Shown here: positions 27,101-36,178 of the stretch, piece by piece | How the letters are laid out: each line of letters opens with the position of its first letter | Numbering within the stretch: the stretch's first letter is position 1 | Assembly: GCA_043799545.1 (NCBI GenBank) | Contig: JAZDNO010000019.1 | Location: forward strand, 72,551-136,550 | Reading direction: 5' to 3' | Origin: Methanobacteriota archaeon | GTDB lineage: Archaea > Thermoplasmatota > Thermoplasmata > SG8-5 > DAIRED01 | Length of the DNA: 64,000 bases | The notes under the pieces: generated by a model | The model's database searches: none | Told to the model about the DNA's origin: nothing | The model's input: only the letters and a program-made list of their open reading frames with translations | Made by a program: the position numbers and the translations under genes

Positions 27101-28249
27101 TCACTTCTTTCTCTTCAGCCCTTTCACGGCGTTCTCGACTATCGGCATCGCCTTCTCGATATCCTCCCTGCTCGCCGCGAACGAGAACCTGATGTGCCCT
27201 TCTCCGGCCTGGCCGAAGGCGGTTCCGGGCGTGCATATGACCCCCGCCTTGAGGATGAGCATTGCCAGGTCGTGAGATGTAATATCGAAATCGAAGCCCG
27301 GGAACGCGTAGAACGTGCCCTTCGGGGGCGTGCATGCGAAGCCCTCGATGGTGTTCAGGCTTTTTACAAGCAGGTCGCGCCTGGCCTTGTACTCCTGCCT
27401 TCGCTCGTCTATGAACGCCTGCTGGCCCCTCATCCCGGCGAGGGCCGCGTGCTGCGCGGGAGTCGACGGGCAGGCGACGTCGTAGTAATGGGTCTTCGCC
27501 ATCTCCGTCATAATCTCACCCGAAGTCACCATGAATCCGACCCTCCATCCCGTCAGAGAGTAGACTTTGGAGAATGAGTTCACGTAGACCAGCAGGTCGC
27601 TGGCCGAGAGGAACGACTCGTGCGGGGCGTCGTAGACTATCGAATCGTAAACCTCGTCGGAGATGACGACAACCTTGTAGTCCGCCGCGAGGTCGGCAAT
27701 CGCCTTCAGGTCGTCCCGCGTGAACACCCCTCCCGTCGGGTTGCCGGGCGAGTTGACGATTATGGCCTTCGTCCTCGGAGAGACGAGGTCCTTCAGCTCC
27801 TCCATGTCGGGCCTGAAATCGTTTTCCTGGCTGAGCTTGTATGGGAAAGGCTTCGCGCCTGCCATCCTGGCGTGCGGCGCGTACAACACGAAACCCGGGT
27901 CGGGGATGATGATCTCGTCGCCCTGGTTGTAGAGGGTCTGAGCGGCCACCATCAGAGCCTGCGTGGCTCCGCAGGTTATCATCACGTTCCTCTGCTCCAC
28001 GTCGGACCTGAAGCGCTTCACGTACTCCACCACAGCGTTCCTCAGCTCGGGAACGCCCAACGTAGGGCCGTAACCGTTCTTTCCCGACAGAACGGCTTTG
28101 CCGAGCGCTTCCGCCACGTGAGGCGGCGGAGGGAAGTCCGGCTCGCCCAGGCCGAGGTTTATCGCCCCCTTCGGAGCCAATTCGAACATCTTCCGAACCC
28201 CCGATACCTGGAGCCCCTCCATGCGCTTGGCGAAAAGGCTGCGCGTCAT
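27101..28249 (-). CDS. PLP-dependent aminotransferase class I/II (aspartate aminotransferase-like)
   Basis: GEPDF, NSPGNPTG, SDEVY, SFSKVYSLTGWRVG; start position approximate. Confidence 0.93.
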   Translation of the reverse strand: MTRSLFAKRMEGLQVSGVRKMFELAPKGAINLGLGEPDFPPPPHVAEALGKAVLSGKNGYGPTLGVPELRNAVVEYVKRFRSDVEQRNVMITCGATQALMVAAQTLYNQGDEIIIPDPGFVLYAPHARMAGAKPFPYKLSQENDFRPDMEELKDLVSPRTKAIIVNSPGNPTGGVFTRDDLKAIADLAADYKVVVISDEVYDSIVYDAPHESFLSASDLLVYVNSFSKVYSLTGWRVGFMVTSGEIMTEMAKTHYYDVACPSTPAQHAALAGMRGQQAFIDERRQEYKARRDLLVKSLNTIEGFACTPPKGTFYAFPGFDFDITSHDLAMLILKAGVICTPGTAFGQAGEGHIRFSFAASREDIEKAMPIVENAVKGLKRKK

Positions 28250-28386
28250 GGGCGGGGGATTGGGCTCGGAGTTCATAAGGCCTGCGGAGGCAGGGCGCAC
28301 GGACATCCCGGGGTCTGCCTTAGACAAGTTGATATAGGGAGAAGGGAATTGTGGAATGGGTGAGGCATAAAGTGCGCAGGTCCGAT

Positions 28387-28728
28387 ATGGTAGTGGTGTC
28401 ATCGTACGCCGTGACGTTCATCCTGCTCGGCGTCTGGATGATGGCCGCCGCTCTCGACTACTTCAGTATTGTCGAGGCTTTCGTACTCTGGCTGGCGTCG
28501 GTCGGCGCGGTCATGCTGGCAATCGGCGCTGCGACCGTGCGCTCGTCTCCCGGGGTCGCCACGCTTCCGATGGGCACCGGGGGCTTCCTCGTGGTCATGG
28601 GGTTGGTGTCGTATTTCGTCATGGGCGACAGCCTGAGCCTGATGATGGGGCTGGCCCTCGTGATCATCATCTGTTCGAGCATGATTCTCATCATATATCT
28701 TACTAGATACAGCCTGGAGAAGGAGTGA
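28387..28728 (+). CDS. Small four-TM membrane protein
   Basis: Hydrophobic helices throughout; first gene of the apparent operon with the SPFH gene. Confidence 0.7.
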   Translation: MVVVSSYAVTFILLGVWMMAAALDYFSIVEAFVLWLASVGAVMLAIGAATVRSSPGVATLPMGTGGFLVVMGLVSYFVMGDSLSLMMGLALVIIICSSMILIIYLTRYSLEKE

Positions 28729-28732
28729 AAAG

Positions 28733-29266
28733 ATGGTAGACCTTAGGACGGAAGTTGCCAACGACCGCGGACTGATAAAGCAGATAGAGATGGCCATACC
28801 CGGATTCAGGGGATACAGGAAGCGCGAGGACCTCAGGATTGCCGACAGGCTGCTGCGCGAGCAGATGGCCAAGCGCCTGAAGGACGCCGCCACCGGGCTG
28901 GAGGCCGCCCGACGGGCCATGTCGCGCAGGCAGATGCTCGACTCTCTGGAGGACATAGGCAGGCTCATAGGGCTCACCAACTCCACCGAATCCCGCATGA
29001 GGCACGCCGAGCAGGGCTATACCGGGGTCTCTCCCGATTTTCGAATCGAGGAGGCGGAGCTCAACCAGATGTACGAGTGGGACCTCTCGCTGCTGAAGTG
29101 GCTGGATGAGATGCGCAACGGGTCGGAGAGGCTCCTGGCTGCCGCCGAGAGCTCGGACATGAGGGAGATGGGCAACCAGCTCAGGCTCTTCGACGCGGCC
29201 ATGAAGAATTTCGGCCAGACCTGGGACAAGAGGCGAGAGAGGATAGCCGGCCTGGAGGTGCAGTGA
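28733..29266 (+). CDS. Hypothetical helical protein (SPFH-associated)
   Basis: IPGFRGY...DLRIADRLLRE; GGAG RBS; overlaps the next gene. Confidence 0.8.
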   Translation: MVDLRTEVANDRGLIKQIEMAIPGFRGYRKREDLRIADRLLREQMAKRLKDAATGLEAARRAMSRRQMLDSLEDIGRLIGLTNSTESRMRHAEQGYTGVSPDFRIEEAELNQMYEWDLSLLKWLDEMRNGSERLLAAAESSDMREMGNQLRLFDAAMKNFGQTWDKRRERIAGLEVQ

Positions 29267-30429
29267 TGGTATTCGGAAGGGGGAAGAGCGCGGACGGCGA
29301 CGTCGCCCGGAACACGTACACCTGGCCCCAGGAGCTCAAGGGCAGCGACGCGACCGGCTACGCCGTCATGTACAAGCTCCCCACGAACGTCCAGTACAAC
29401 GACAACATCGTCGTGATGGAGGACGAGTACGCCGTTTTCTTCCGCGACGGCAAGGCGATGCACGTCTTCGACCAACCGGGCAGGTTCGCGCTCACGACCA
29501 CGAACGTCCCGATTCTCGGCACGCTCGGAGCCATGATAACCGGAGTACGCCAGCTCGGCGAAGTCTATTACGTTCAGCGCAGGGAGATGCGCGGCAAGTT
29601 CGGCACGCCCGAGCCATTGACGTTCTCCGACAGGGACTTTGGCCTAGTGCGCCTGCGCGTCTTCGGCAACCTGTCGTTCAAGGTCGTGGACCCTATCGTC
29701 TTCATCACGCAGATGGTCGGTACCAACCAGTGGACCACTCCGGAGCCGATAGTGGACTGGCTGCGGAGCGAGCTGGTCGTCGCGGTGAACGACGCGATGG
29801 GGGAGCTCAAGCGCGACCGCAACATGGCGCTCGTCGACATGCCCGCCTACCTTCAGGAAATCCAGCAGATGGTCATAGCCAAGGCGGAGACGAACGTCGC
29901 CCGCTTCGGGCTCAAGATAACGACGATAACCGGTCTTACGATAACGCCTCCAGAGGAAGTCGCCGCGGCGATAGACAAGCGCTCGTCGATGGGCGCGCTC
30001 GGCGTGAACTACATGCAGTACCAGACCGGGAAAGCCATCGAGGGCGTGGGCGAGGGCGCGGCAAAAGGCGGAGACGCCTCCGCGTTCGTAGGGATGGGGG
30101 CCGGCTTCGGCGCGGGGGCCGCAATGGGCGGCCAGATGTCCCAGAGCATGAGCCAGCCCGGCGGTCCGCCCCAGCAGGGCGTTCCCTGCCCGAAGTGCAA
30201 CACGCTCATCCCAGGCCAGGCGAAGTTCTGCCCCAACTGCGGCGGTCCCTCGCCGGCGCTGGGGACTCCATGCCCGAAGTGCGGGAAGCCCGTCGCGGCG
30301 GGGGCGAAGTTCTGCGCGGAGTGCGGGGCTCCCACGGCCAACGCGAAGGTGCCGTGCCCGAAGTGCAGCGCGATGGTGCCGGCGAATGGTAAGTTCTGCC
30401 CGGAATGCGGCGGCCAGATGGCGGTCTGA
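29263..30429 (+). CDS. SPFH-domain protein with C-terminal double zinc ribbons (YdjI-like)
   Basis: IVVMEDEYAVFFRDGKA...PGRFALTT, KFGTPEP, LRVFG; Gly/Met-rich linker; six CxxC pairs. Confidence 0.88.
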   Translation: MMVFGRGKSADGDVARNTYTWPQELKGSDATGYAVMYKLPTNVQYNDNIVVMEDEYAVFFRDGKAMHVFDQPGRFALTTTNVPILGTLGAMITGVRQLGEVYYVQRREMRGKFGTPEPLTFSDRDFGLVRLRVFGNLSFKVVDPIVFITQMVGTNQWTTPEPIVDWLRSELVVAVNDAMGELKRDRNMALVDMPAYLQEIQQMVIAKAETNVARFGLKITTITGLTITPPEEVAAAIDKRSSMGALGVNYMQYQTGKAIEGVGEGAAKGGDASAFVGMGAGFGAGAAMGGQMSQSMSQPGGPPQQGVPCPKCNTLIPGQAKFCPNCGGPSPALGTPCPKCGKPVAAGAKFCAECGAPTANAKVPCPKCSAMVPANGKFCPECGGQMAV

Positions 30430-30473
30430 GCGCGTATGGGGTAATGAAATGCTCTGTCCATAGGCGCTGATCA

Positions 30474-31097
30474 ATGTCGCATTACGATAGAAAACGCACA
30501 AGCGAATTGTTTGATAAAACGCCATCGCTTTCGAATAAATTCCAGAAACACATAGGCGATGCTGCATTTGATTGTCTGGAACTCAATGGCGGCGATGTGT
30601 TGTTGGACATCGGCACTGGGACCGGCAGATACGCAATAAAGGCGGCAATGATTTGCCATCATGTACTCGGAATCGACATCAGCAGAAAATCGTTGGAAAT
30701 CGCGCGTAAGAATTCTGAACATCTGGCTAATTTCCAATTTGGCTATGGTGCATTTGAAGAACCATGTGCAGAAATTCGACTCGAGAACTATGGTATAACA
30801 AAGATGTTAGCCATCTATTCGCTGCACCATTTATCAGACAATTTAAAGCGCGCAAGCATACAAAATATCGTGAAATATCTTGGAAGCCCAGGTCGTTTTG
30901 TCATCGGCGATTTAATGTTCTTTGAGAAGCCAGATAATCATCAGCAATCATTTTCAGAAGTTGCATACGATGGAGGCGAAACGGATTTACCAGCTGAACC
31001 CGCGTTTTTACTGAGCTGTTTCGAATCCATGGGCGCGAAATGTGAAATCCATAAGGTTCATCCTCTAGCTGGCATATTGGTCGCAGATTTTATTTAA
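30474..31097 (+). CDS. Class I SAM-dependent methyltransferase (AT-richer)
   Basis: LLDIGTGTG, GIDIS, YSLHHL, GRFVIGD. Confidence 0.88.
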   Translation: MSHYDRKRTSELFDKTPSLSNKFQKHIGDAAFDCLELNGGDVLLDIGTGTGRYAIKAAMICHHVLGIDISRKSLEIARKNSEHLANFQFGYGAFEEPCAEIRLENYGITKMLAIYSLHHLSDNLKRASIQNIVKYLGSPGRFVIGDLMFFEKPDNHQQSFSEVAYDGGETDLPAEPAFLLSCFESMGAKCEIHKVHPLAGILVADFI

Positions 31098-31262
31098 CGT
31101 TGTTTCTATTGGAGTATCCATAAGACCTCCGCCGCGGTTTATCCCCCATCGACGAGAGGGCGCGTATGTCTCGGTTTTTTATATTCTGATTTTCATATCT
31201 GACCTTGTGACACTTGCGGTTGGGCACAATCCCTTGCGGGGAGTTGAACGCCGTTGAAAGAA

Positions 31263-32192
31263 ATGGCAGTGTCCGGCGTAGTCGTAAGGAACTTCGACAA
31301 AACAAAGGACATCGACGAATTTGTGAAATTTTACAACGCCGCCCATTCGGATCATCCGAAGCACAAGGATTTGTCCGTCGAAATCGCCCAACGATATATA
31401 TTCGGGGCTCCGAATTATGACGGCTCCTCGCATTTCCTGGCGCTCAAGGATTCGAAAATCGTAGGCAGCGTCAAAGGCGAGACATTTGCTGGCACGACCG
31501 GCGTCATCGGAATGATTGTCAGGCCGGAGAATCGACATCTGGGGGTTGAAGACGCCCTCCATCAATCGGTGATGCGACACTTCCAGCAAAATGAGCTGAA
31601 GGATGCGAGGGTTCTTGTCGATTCGTCGTTCCCGAAGCTGGTCGAATTCTATAATCGTCAGGGATTCGAGGCGTGGAAGGTCAATTACGCGATGTCGAGT
31701 CGTTTGTCTGCGGCGATGCTGGCATCTCCGCAACTGCCCATCGATTACGCAGTGGAAATCGCAATGGGAGACAGCGAAAAGGGCGCAATACGGAATGTTT
31801 TGGACAAAGGATTCAGCGATGCGGATGGGGGAGCAGGAGAGATCCTCCACGAGTTTGACCGCATGTCGGCCCAAAAAGATTTTGACCCGACAGGGTTGCT
31901 TGTGGCCAGGAACGACGCGGGCGTCGTGGGGGTTTCCGTCAACTTCATACATCCTGCAATTCCGACCTCCGGTTACGTCGTATGGCTCGCAGTATTGCCT
32001 GGCGAAAGGGGCAAGGGTTTGGGGAAGGCTTTGTTGTTGGCTGGCATGAGATGGATGAAGGAAAAGGGCATCGAAACCGCAGAATTGAACGTCGATTTGA
32101 AGAACCCAGGTGCGTTAAAATTATACAAAAACTGCGGATTCGTTGTATCGTCCGAAACGATAATAATGAACAAGGCGCGCCTTGGTTCGTAG
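31263..32192 (+). CDS. Tandem GNAT acetyltransferase (AT-richer)
   Basis: VRPENRHLGV and VLPGERGKGLGKALL motifs; N...LKLYKNCGF. Confidence 0.88.
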   Translation: MAVSGVVVRNFDKTKDIDEFVKFYNAAHSDHPKHKDLSVEIAQRYIFGAPNYDGSSHFLALKDSKIVGSVKGETFAGTTGVIGMIVRPENRHLGVEDALHQSVMRHFQQNELKDARVLVDSSFPKLVEFYNRQGFEAWKVNYAMSSRLSAAMLASPQLPIDYAVEIAMGDSEKGAIRNVLDKGFSDADGGAGEILHEFDRMSAQKDFDPTGLLVARNDAGVVGVSVNFIHPAIPTSGYVVWLAVLPGERGKGLGKALLLAGMRWMKEKGIETAELNVDLKNPGALKLYKNCGFVVSSETIIMNKARLGS

Positions 32193-32216
32193 GCAATTTG
32201 GCGGCTGGCGCATCAT

Positions 32217-33224
32217 CTATTCGACCGCGCCCCTATCCCGCAAATCCTTGTCTATCTCCAGCAGCAGCATTATCCTCTTGTAGGTCGACGGGTGGGTCGA
32301 GGAGATTTCCCCCGCCTTGGACCACGCGCCCCGGCTTTTCTCTCCCCGCTCCGCGGCAATCTGAAGCTCCCTGTCGTCAAGCACGCCGTCGCGGTTCAGG
32401 TCGAGCTGCTGGATTTCCCTCGCGTTGGAAGCCGCAGCCTGCGGGTCGCCGATGTAGAACGCCCGGGCCGCTCCCGCGCTCTCCTTCGGCGCCAGCGACA
32501 AGCCGTAGGTGATTTTAGCAAGAGCGGACGCGAGCGCCCTCGGCCTACCCGTCGACGTTCCAGCGTACGAGTCGGCGTAGAACTCCCGCAGGCGCGAGAG
32601 CCTCAGGACGAGGAACTGGCTGATGACGTAGACTCCCAGCGCGACTATTCCGACGACCACCAGCCCGCCGGAGTCCTTGCTCCTGCGCCCGCCGCTGAAC
32701 ATCAGCATCCTGGCAATGAAATATGCGATCAGCGGTATCGCACCGGCGAAGGTCATTATGATGACGTCCCTGTGCCTGAGGTGGCCTATCTCGTGTGCGA
32801 GCACCGCCTTGACCTCATCGGAGCTCAGGCGCTCCAGCAGGCCCCTCGTGACAGCAAGCGTCGACGAGGCGAGAGTGCGCCCGAAGACGAAGGCGTTCGG
32901 GGACTTGTCCTCCACGATGGCAAGGCGCGGCATCGGGACGCCCGCCTTCTGCGCCAGCTCCCCCACCGTGCGCTCCAGGAACACGTTCTCCCCCGGTTTC
33001 AGATATCTCAAACCCGTGCTCCAGCGGACGATCGACGGGCCGACGGCCCACTGCATCAGCATGAAAAGCAGGACGAGCGCGGTGACCACAAGCACCTGGA
33101 GTATGAAGCCAAAACCGGTTCCGTAGTACCAGTAGATGCCCTCGAAGACGAACATCATGAGGGCGAAGAGCAGGCCGAAGACGAGAATCATAGTCAGCGC
33201 CATGCTGGTCTTGAGCGAGCCCAT
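32217..33224 (-). CDS. htpX: Zinc metalloprotease HtpX (M48)
   Basis: SPNAF, VTRGLL, AVLAHEIGH, SRLREFYAD, THP; start revised to MGSLK (33233 is an alternative). Confidence 0.92.
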   Translation of the reverse strand: MGSLKTSMALTMILVFGLLFALMMFVFEGIYWYYGTGFGFILQVLVVTALVLLFMLMQWAVGPSIVRWSTGLRYLKPGENVFLERTVGELAQKAGVPMPRLAIVEDKSPNAFVFGRTLASSTLAVTRGLLERLSSDEVKAVLAHEIGHLRHRDVIIMTFAGAIPLIAYFIARMLMFSGGRRSKDSGGLVVVGIVALGVYVISQFLVLRLSRLREFYADSYAGTSTGRPRALASALAKITYGLSLAPKESAGAARAFYIGDPQAAASNAREIQQLDLNRDGVLDDRELQIAAERGEKSRGAWSKAGEISSTHPSTYKRIMLLLEIDKDLRDRGAVE

Positions 33225-33380
33225 CGAGGCCATGAAGGCTGATTCGCGGAGCAGAGATATAAACCTGGCGGCGGAAGCGAGGGTTGTCACACAACCCGAG
33301 CGAGGACGAGCTGTGCTCGTCCGAACGCCCGCGGAATCCCACCGCAACCCTCTTATCCCCCGCCAAACATCCCTTTCTGG

Positions 33381-34154
33381 ATGACGGATGTAGTGGAGAA
33401 GCTCAGCTGCCCCGACTGCGGGGGCCCGTTGAAGGCCGCGCCGGGCGAGGCGATAATCACTTGTGAGTACTGTGGCTCCTCCGTGAACGTCGCAGTCGGC
33501 TCCAAGTATTTCCTCAACCACTCCGCTGTGCCGAACCGCCTGTCTCAAGCAGACGCGGAGGCGTCTGCACGCTCCTGGATGGCGGGCGGGTTCCTTAAGC
33601 CCGACGATTTGGCGCGCAAGGCCAAAATCGTTTCCATGGAGCTGAGCATGGTGCCGATTTTCGTCATGAACGTCTCTGCCGAGACGGACTACAAGGGGTT
33701 CTTCACCCGCGGAGGCCCGGCCATCCAGAGGTCGGGGAAGCTCTCGAAGGACTATTTCTGGAAGGTCGTCGGGCGCAGGGCCTCCAAGTTCCCAGCCCGC
33801 GAGTACCAGGTTCCGCTCTCCGCGAAAGCCGCGTTCACGATGGACCTCGTCCCCAAGGGGGCGAAGTTCCTCAACGCGGAGCTGGACGACGCAGAGGCGG
33901 TCGCGAAGGCGAAGCAGGAGATCGACGAGAACCAGCGCTTCTTGCTCTCCCAGGAGCTTGACATGATTGAGAGCGCTGAGACGAGGGCCGAAGTGCGCGA
34001 CGTCGAGTTCCTCCACGTGCCGGTTTGGAACGTCAGGTATGAATACCGGAAGCGCATCTACGAGTTGATGCTAGACGGGCAGACCGGCGCGGACATAAAG
34101 GGGGAAATCCCCGAGTCTGGCGTGAAGGGTCTGTTCGGCGGGCTATTCGGGTGA
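33381..34154 (+). CDS. N-terminal zinc-ribbon protein
   Basis: CPDCGGPL...CEYCGS; C-terminal HVPVWNVRYEY...MLDGQTG. Confidence 0.8.
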   Translation: MTDVVEKLSCPDCGGPLKAAPGEAIITCEYCGSSVNVAVGSKYFLNHSAVPNRLSQADAEASARSWMAGGFLKPDDLARKAKIVSMELSMVPIFVMNVSAETDYKGFFTRGGPAIQRSGKLSKDYFWKVVGRRASKFPAREYQVPLSAKAAFTMDLVPKGAKFLNAELDDAEAVAKAKQEIDENQRFLLSQELDMIESAETRAEVRDVEFLHVPVWNVRYEYRKRIYELMLDGQTGADIKGEIPESGVKGLFGGLFG

Positions 34155-34157
34155 GCC

Positions 34158-34343
34158 ATGGGCGAAAAGCTGCCGCAGCACAAGCATTGCAAGGTCTGCA
34201 GGAAGGCGGTCCTGGTCGACGAGGACTTCTGCGACGACATGTGCAAGAAGGAGTACCAGGAGGGTCTCAGGAAGAAGCGCAACAGCTACCTTCTCCTGCT
34301 GGTTTTCGCGGTTCTGATGATGTTGATGGCGTTCGCGATGTGA
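34158..34343 (+). CDS. DUF2116-family Zn-ribbon membrane protein
   Basis: QHKHCKVC...FCDDMC followed by a C-terminal TM helix. Confidence 0.8.
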   Translation: MGEKLPQHKHCKVCRKAVLVDEDFCDDMCKKEYQEGLRKKRNSYLLLLVFAVLMMLMAFAM

Positions 34344-34380
34344 GGGGAGCCTCAAAGCAGCCAATTATCGTACGGAGACC

Positions 34381-35451
34381 TCAATTGCCCGGCGACTTGC
34401 CCTTCTTCCTAACATACATGACAAGGCAGGTTCCCGAAAGGGCGAGCGGAAGGATGATGGACCCGCACATTCCTCCGTCCCCGCCAGGGTCGTCCCCGTC
34501 CCCGGAACCGTCTCCGTCACTCGAACCGTCCCCGCTGCCATCGCCCGAATCGTCCGCGACTATGACGATGTTCACGGAAGCCTCCTTCCCGCCACAGCTT
34601 GCCGTGACCGTTATCCTGTTCGAAATGCCTGCGGACGCATCGTGCGAGTCCCAGTACGCGCTTCCTGGCGGAACGAAACTCACGGTGACGGCGCTGTTGA
34701 GCGTGCCAGCGGTCTCAGGTTCGATCCGCGCCCCCGCCAGGTCGCCGTCCCAATCGCTCAAAGTGAAGGTGACGACTGTGCCGTCCGGAACCTGCTGGCC
34801 ATCTGCGAAGACAACCGCTCTCAGGTCGAACTCCAGGCTAGGGTCGGCCTGGACCTCGTTCTCGTCCTGCGAGAGGGTTAGGTACGCGACATTCAATGCC
34901 GGCACTGTCAGGGAGCCCCTGACGACCAAGCCGCGCGTTTCACCGTTTCCGTAAAGGCTGGACATCGAAACCATGAAAGAGCCTGAACGGGCTCCCGAGG
35001 GTATAGGTATGTCAACGCTGAACGATTGCTGCCATACAGTCCCCGACGTCGTCTCTGTCTTGTTCGCCCACCATTTGTCCTTTTCACCGTTTACTTCGAC
35101 CGAGGCCGATGTGGTCGTCGAGACCGATCCCCAGTCCATGTATACGGAGCCGCTCAGCGTCAGCGAGCCAGCCGTCAGGTTGCCCGCGTAAACGCGCGAT
35201 GTGGTGAAATCGCTCGTGTCCACCGGAGTGTCGAGGATGGCCCCAGAAACGCTGTACGTTATCTGCATGCCGTTGAAAGTGTCGGTAGGGAACGTGCCGC
35301 TTGTGCGCGTGCCTGGAGTTGCCGCCGCATGCGGAGCGACGAGCAATGAAGCTATGACAAGCGCTGTCAGGACAAAGGCCGAAGCGAATCCCAATTTGGA
35401 CGCATTCCCTATACCCGCGCTACGGTCGGCGAGCGACTCGATTCTTCTCAT
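34381..35451 (-). CDS. Exported protein with Ig-like domain, Asp/Gly/Ser linker and Cys-Gly-initiated C-terminal anchor
   Basis: Signal peptide; VPDGTVVTF (Big_1-like); DDSGDGSGDG linker; MCGSIILPLALSGTCLVMYVRKK. Confidence 0.75.
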   Translation of the reverse strand: MRRIESLADRSAGIGNASKLGFASAFVLTALVIASLLVAPHAAATPGTRTSGTFPTDTFNGMQITYSVSGAILDTPVDTSDFTTSRVYAGNLTAGSLTLSGSVYMDWGSVSTTTSASVEVNGEKDKWWANKTETTSGTVWQQSFSVDIPIPSGARSGSFMVSMSSLYGNGETRGLVVRGSLTVPALNVAYLTLSQDENEVQADPSLEFDLRAVVFADGQQVPDGTVVTFTLSDWDGDLAGARIEPETAGTLNSAVTVSFVPPGSAYWDSHDASAGISNRITVTASCGGKEASVNIVIVADDSGDGSGDGSSDGDGSGDGDDPGGDGGMCGSIILPLALSGTCLVMYVRKKGKSPGN

Positions 35452-35515
35452 GTCCCCGAGATTGAAAACGATATATATAATCGTTTTGGAATGCGCCGTG
35501 GGCGTTCGATAAAAT

Positions 35516-36100
35516 TCACTCTGTCCAGTTGAATACGAACTCGCAGTGGTCCGCGCCCTTGTGCACGCACTTCTCCTCGACCACGTCGAGCGATTTCGCC
35601 TTGGCGATTTTCATGCCGACGCCGTGGAAATATCCCGCCAGATATTTGCACAGAATGGGCGAGAACGGAAAATCATAGATTGCCATGCGCCCCCGGTCCT
35701 CGGTATTCTCCAGCACCTCGACACGGCCCGCCTTGTAGTTTTGCATCCAGATTTCTGGGCCGTGGGCGAGCGCCTTCTGAATAGACATAAAATAGTTCAG
35801 CATGAACTGGACGATGAACGAGTACCTGACAGATTCCTCGCCCATATGGTATATCCTCCTGTCGTCCCAGCCGAGCTCGGACTTGCAGGTTTCGAGGAAA
35901 TCGACGCGCATCTTGAGCGGGAGCCAATCTTTCTCGCCAATCCCAGCGAACCTGAACCCGGGCCATCGTTTCCCCAGGGAGGCTTCGACTTTCGCGAGGG
36001 CGTCATCGCCTCCGATGCGCTTGACGAAGGCCGCATTGGCGATAAATAGCGTGCCGCGGCATTTAGCGTCCGCCAGCGTCGCATTGGTCGGTTCTGTCAT
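35516..36100 (-). CDS. V4R (4-vinyl reductase) / TIGR02265-like ligand-binding protein
   Basis: CKYLAGYFHG...EEKCVHKGADHCEFVF. Confidence 0.75.
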   Translation of the reverse strand: MTEPTNATLADAKCRGTLFIANAAFVKRIGGDDALAKVEASLGKRWPGFRFAGIGEKDWLPLKMRVDFLETCKSELGWDDRRIYHMGEESVRYSFIVQFMLNYFMSIQKALAHGPEIWMQNYKAGRVEVLENTEDRGRMAIYDFPFSPILCKYLAGYFHGVGMKIAKAKSLDVVEEKCVHKGADHCEFVFNWTE

Positions 36101-36160
36101 TCAGTAGTGTATGCGCCTGCGCGGTATTAGACGTTTACCCTCCGCAAACGTTATCACCAA

Positions 36161-36178
36161 GCCCGTGAATTCACGGGC
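36161..36178. promoter_or_regulatory. Perfect 18-bp palindrome GCCCGTGAATTCACGGGC
   Basis: Directly abuts the ATG at 36179 in a divergent intergenic region. Confidence 0.5.

Noticed and set aside
32217-34016. 599-aa ORF suggesting a long HtpX fusion
   Set aside because: The N-terminal ~260 aa are antisense to the genuine 33381-34154 gene; HtpX homology starts at about 33224.
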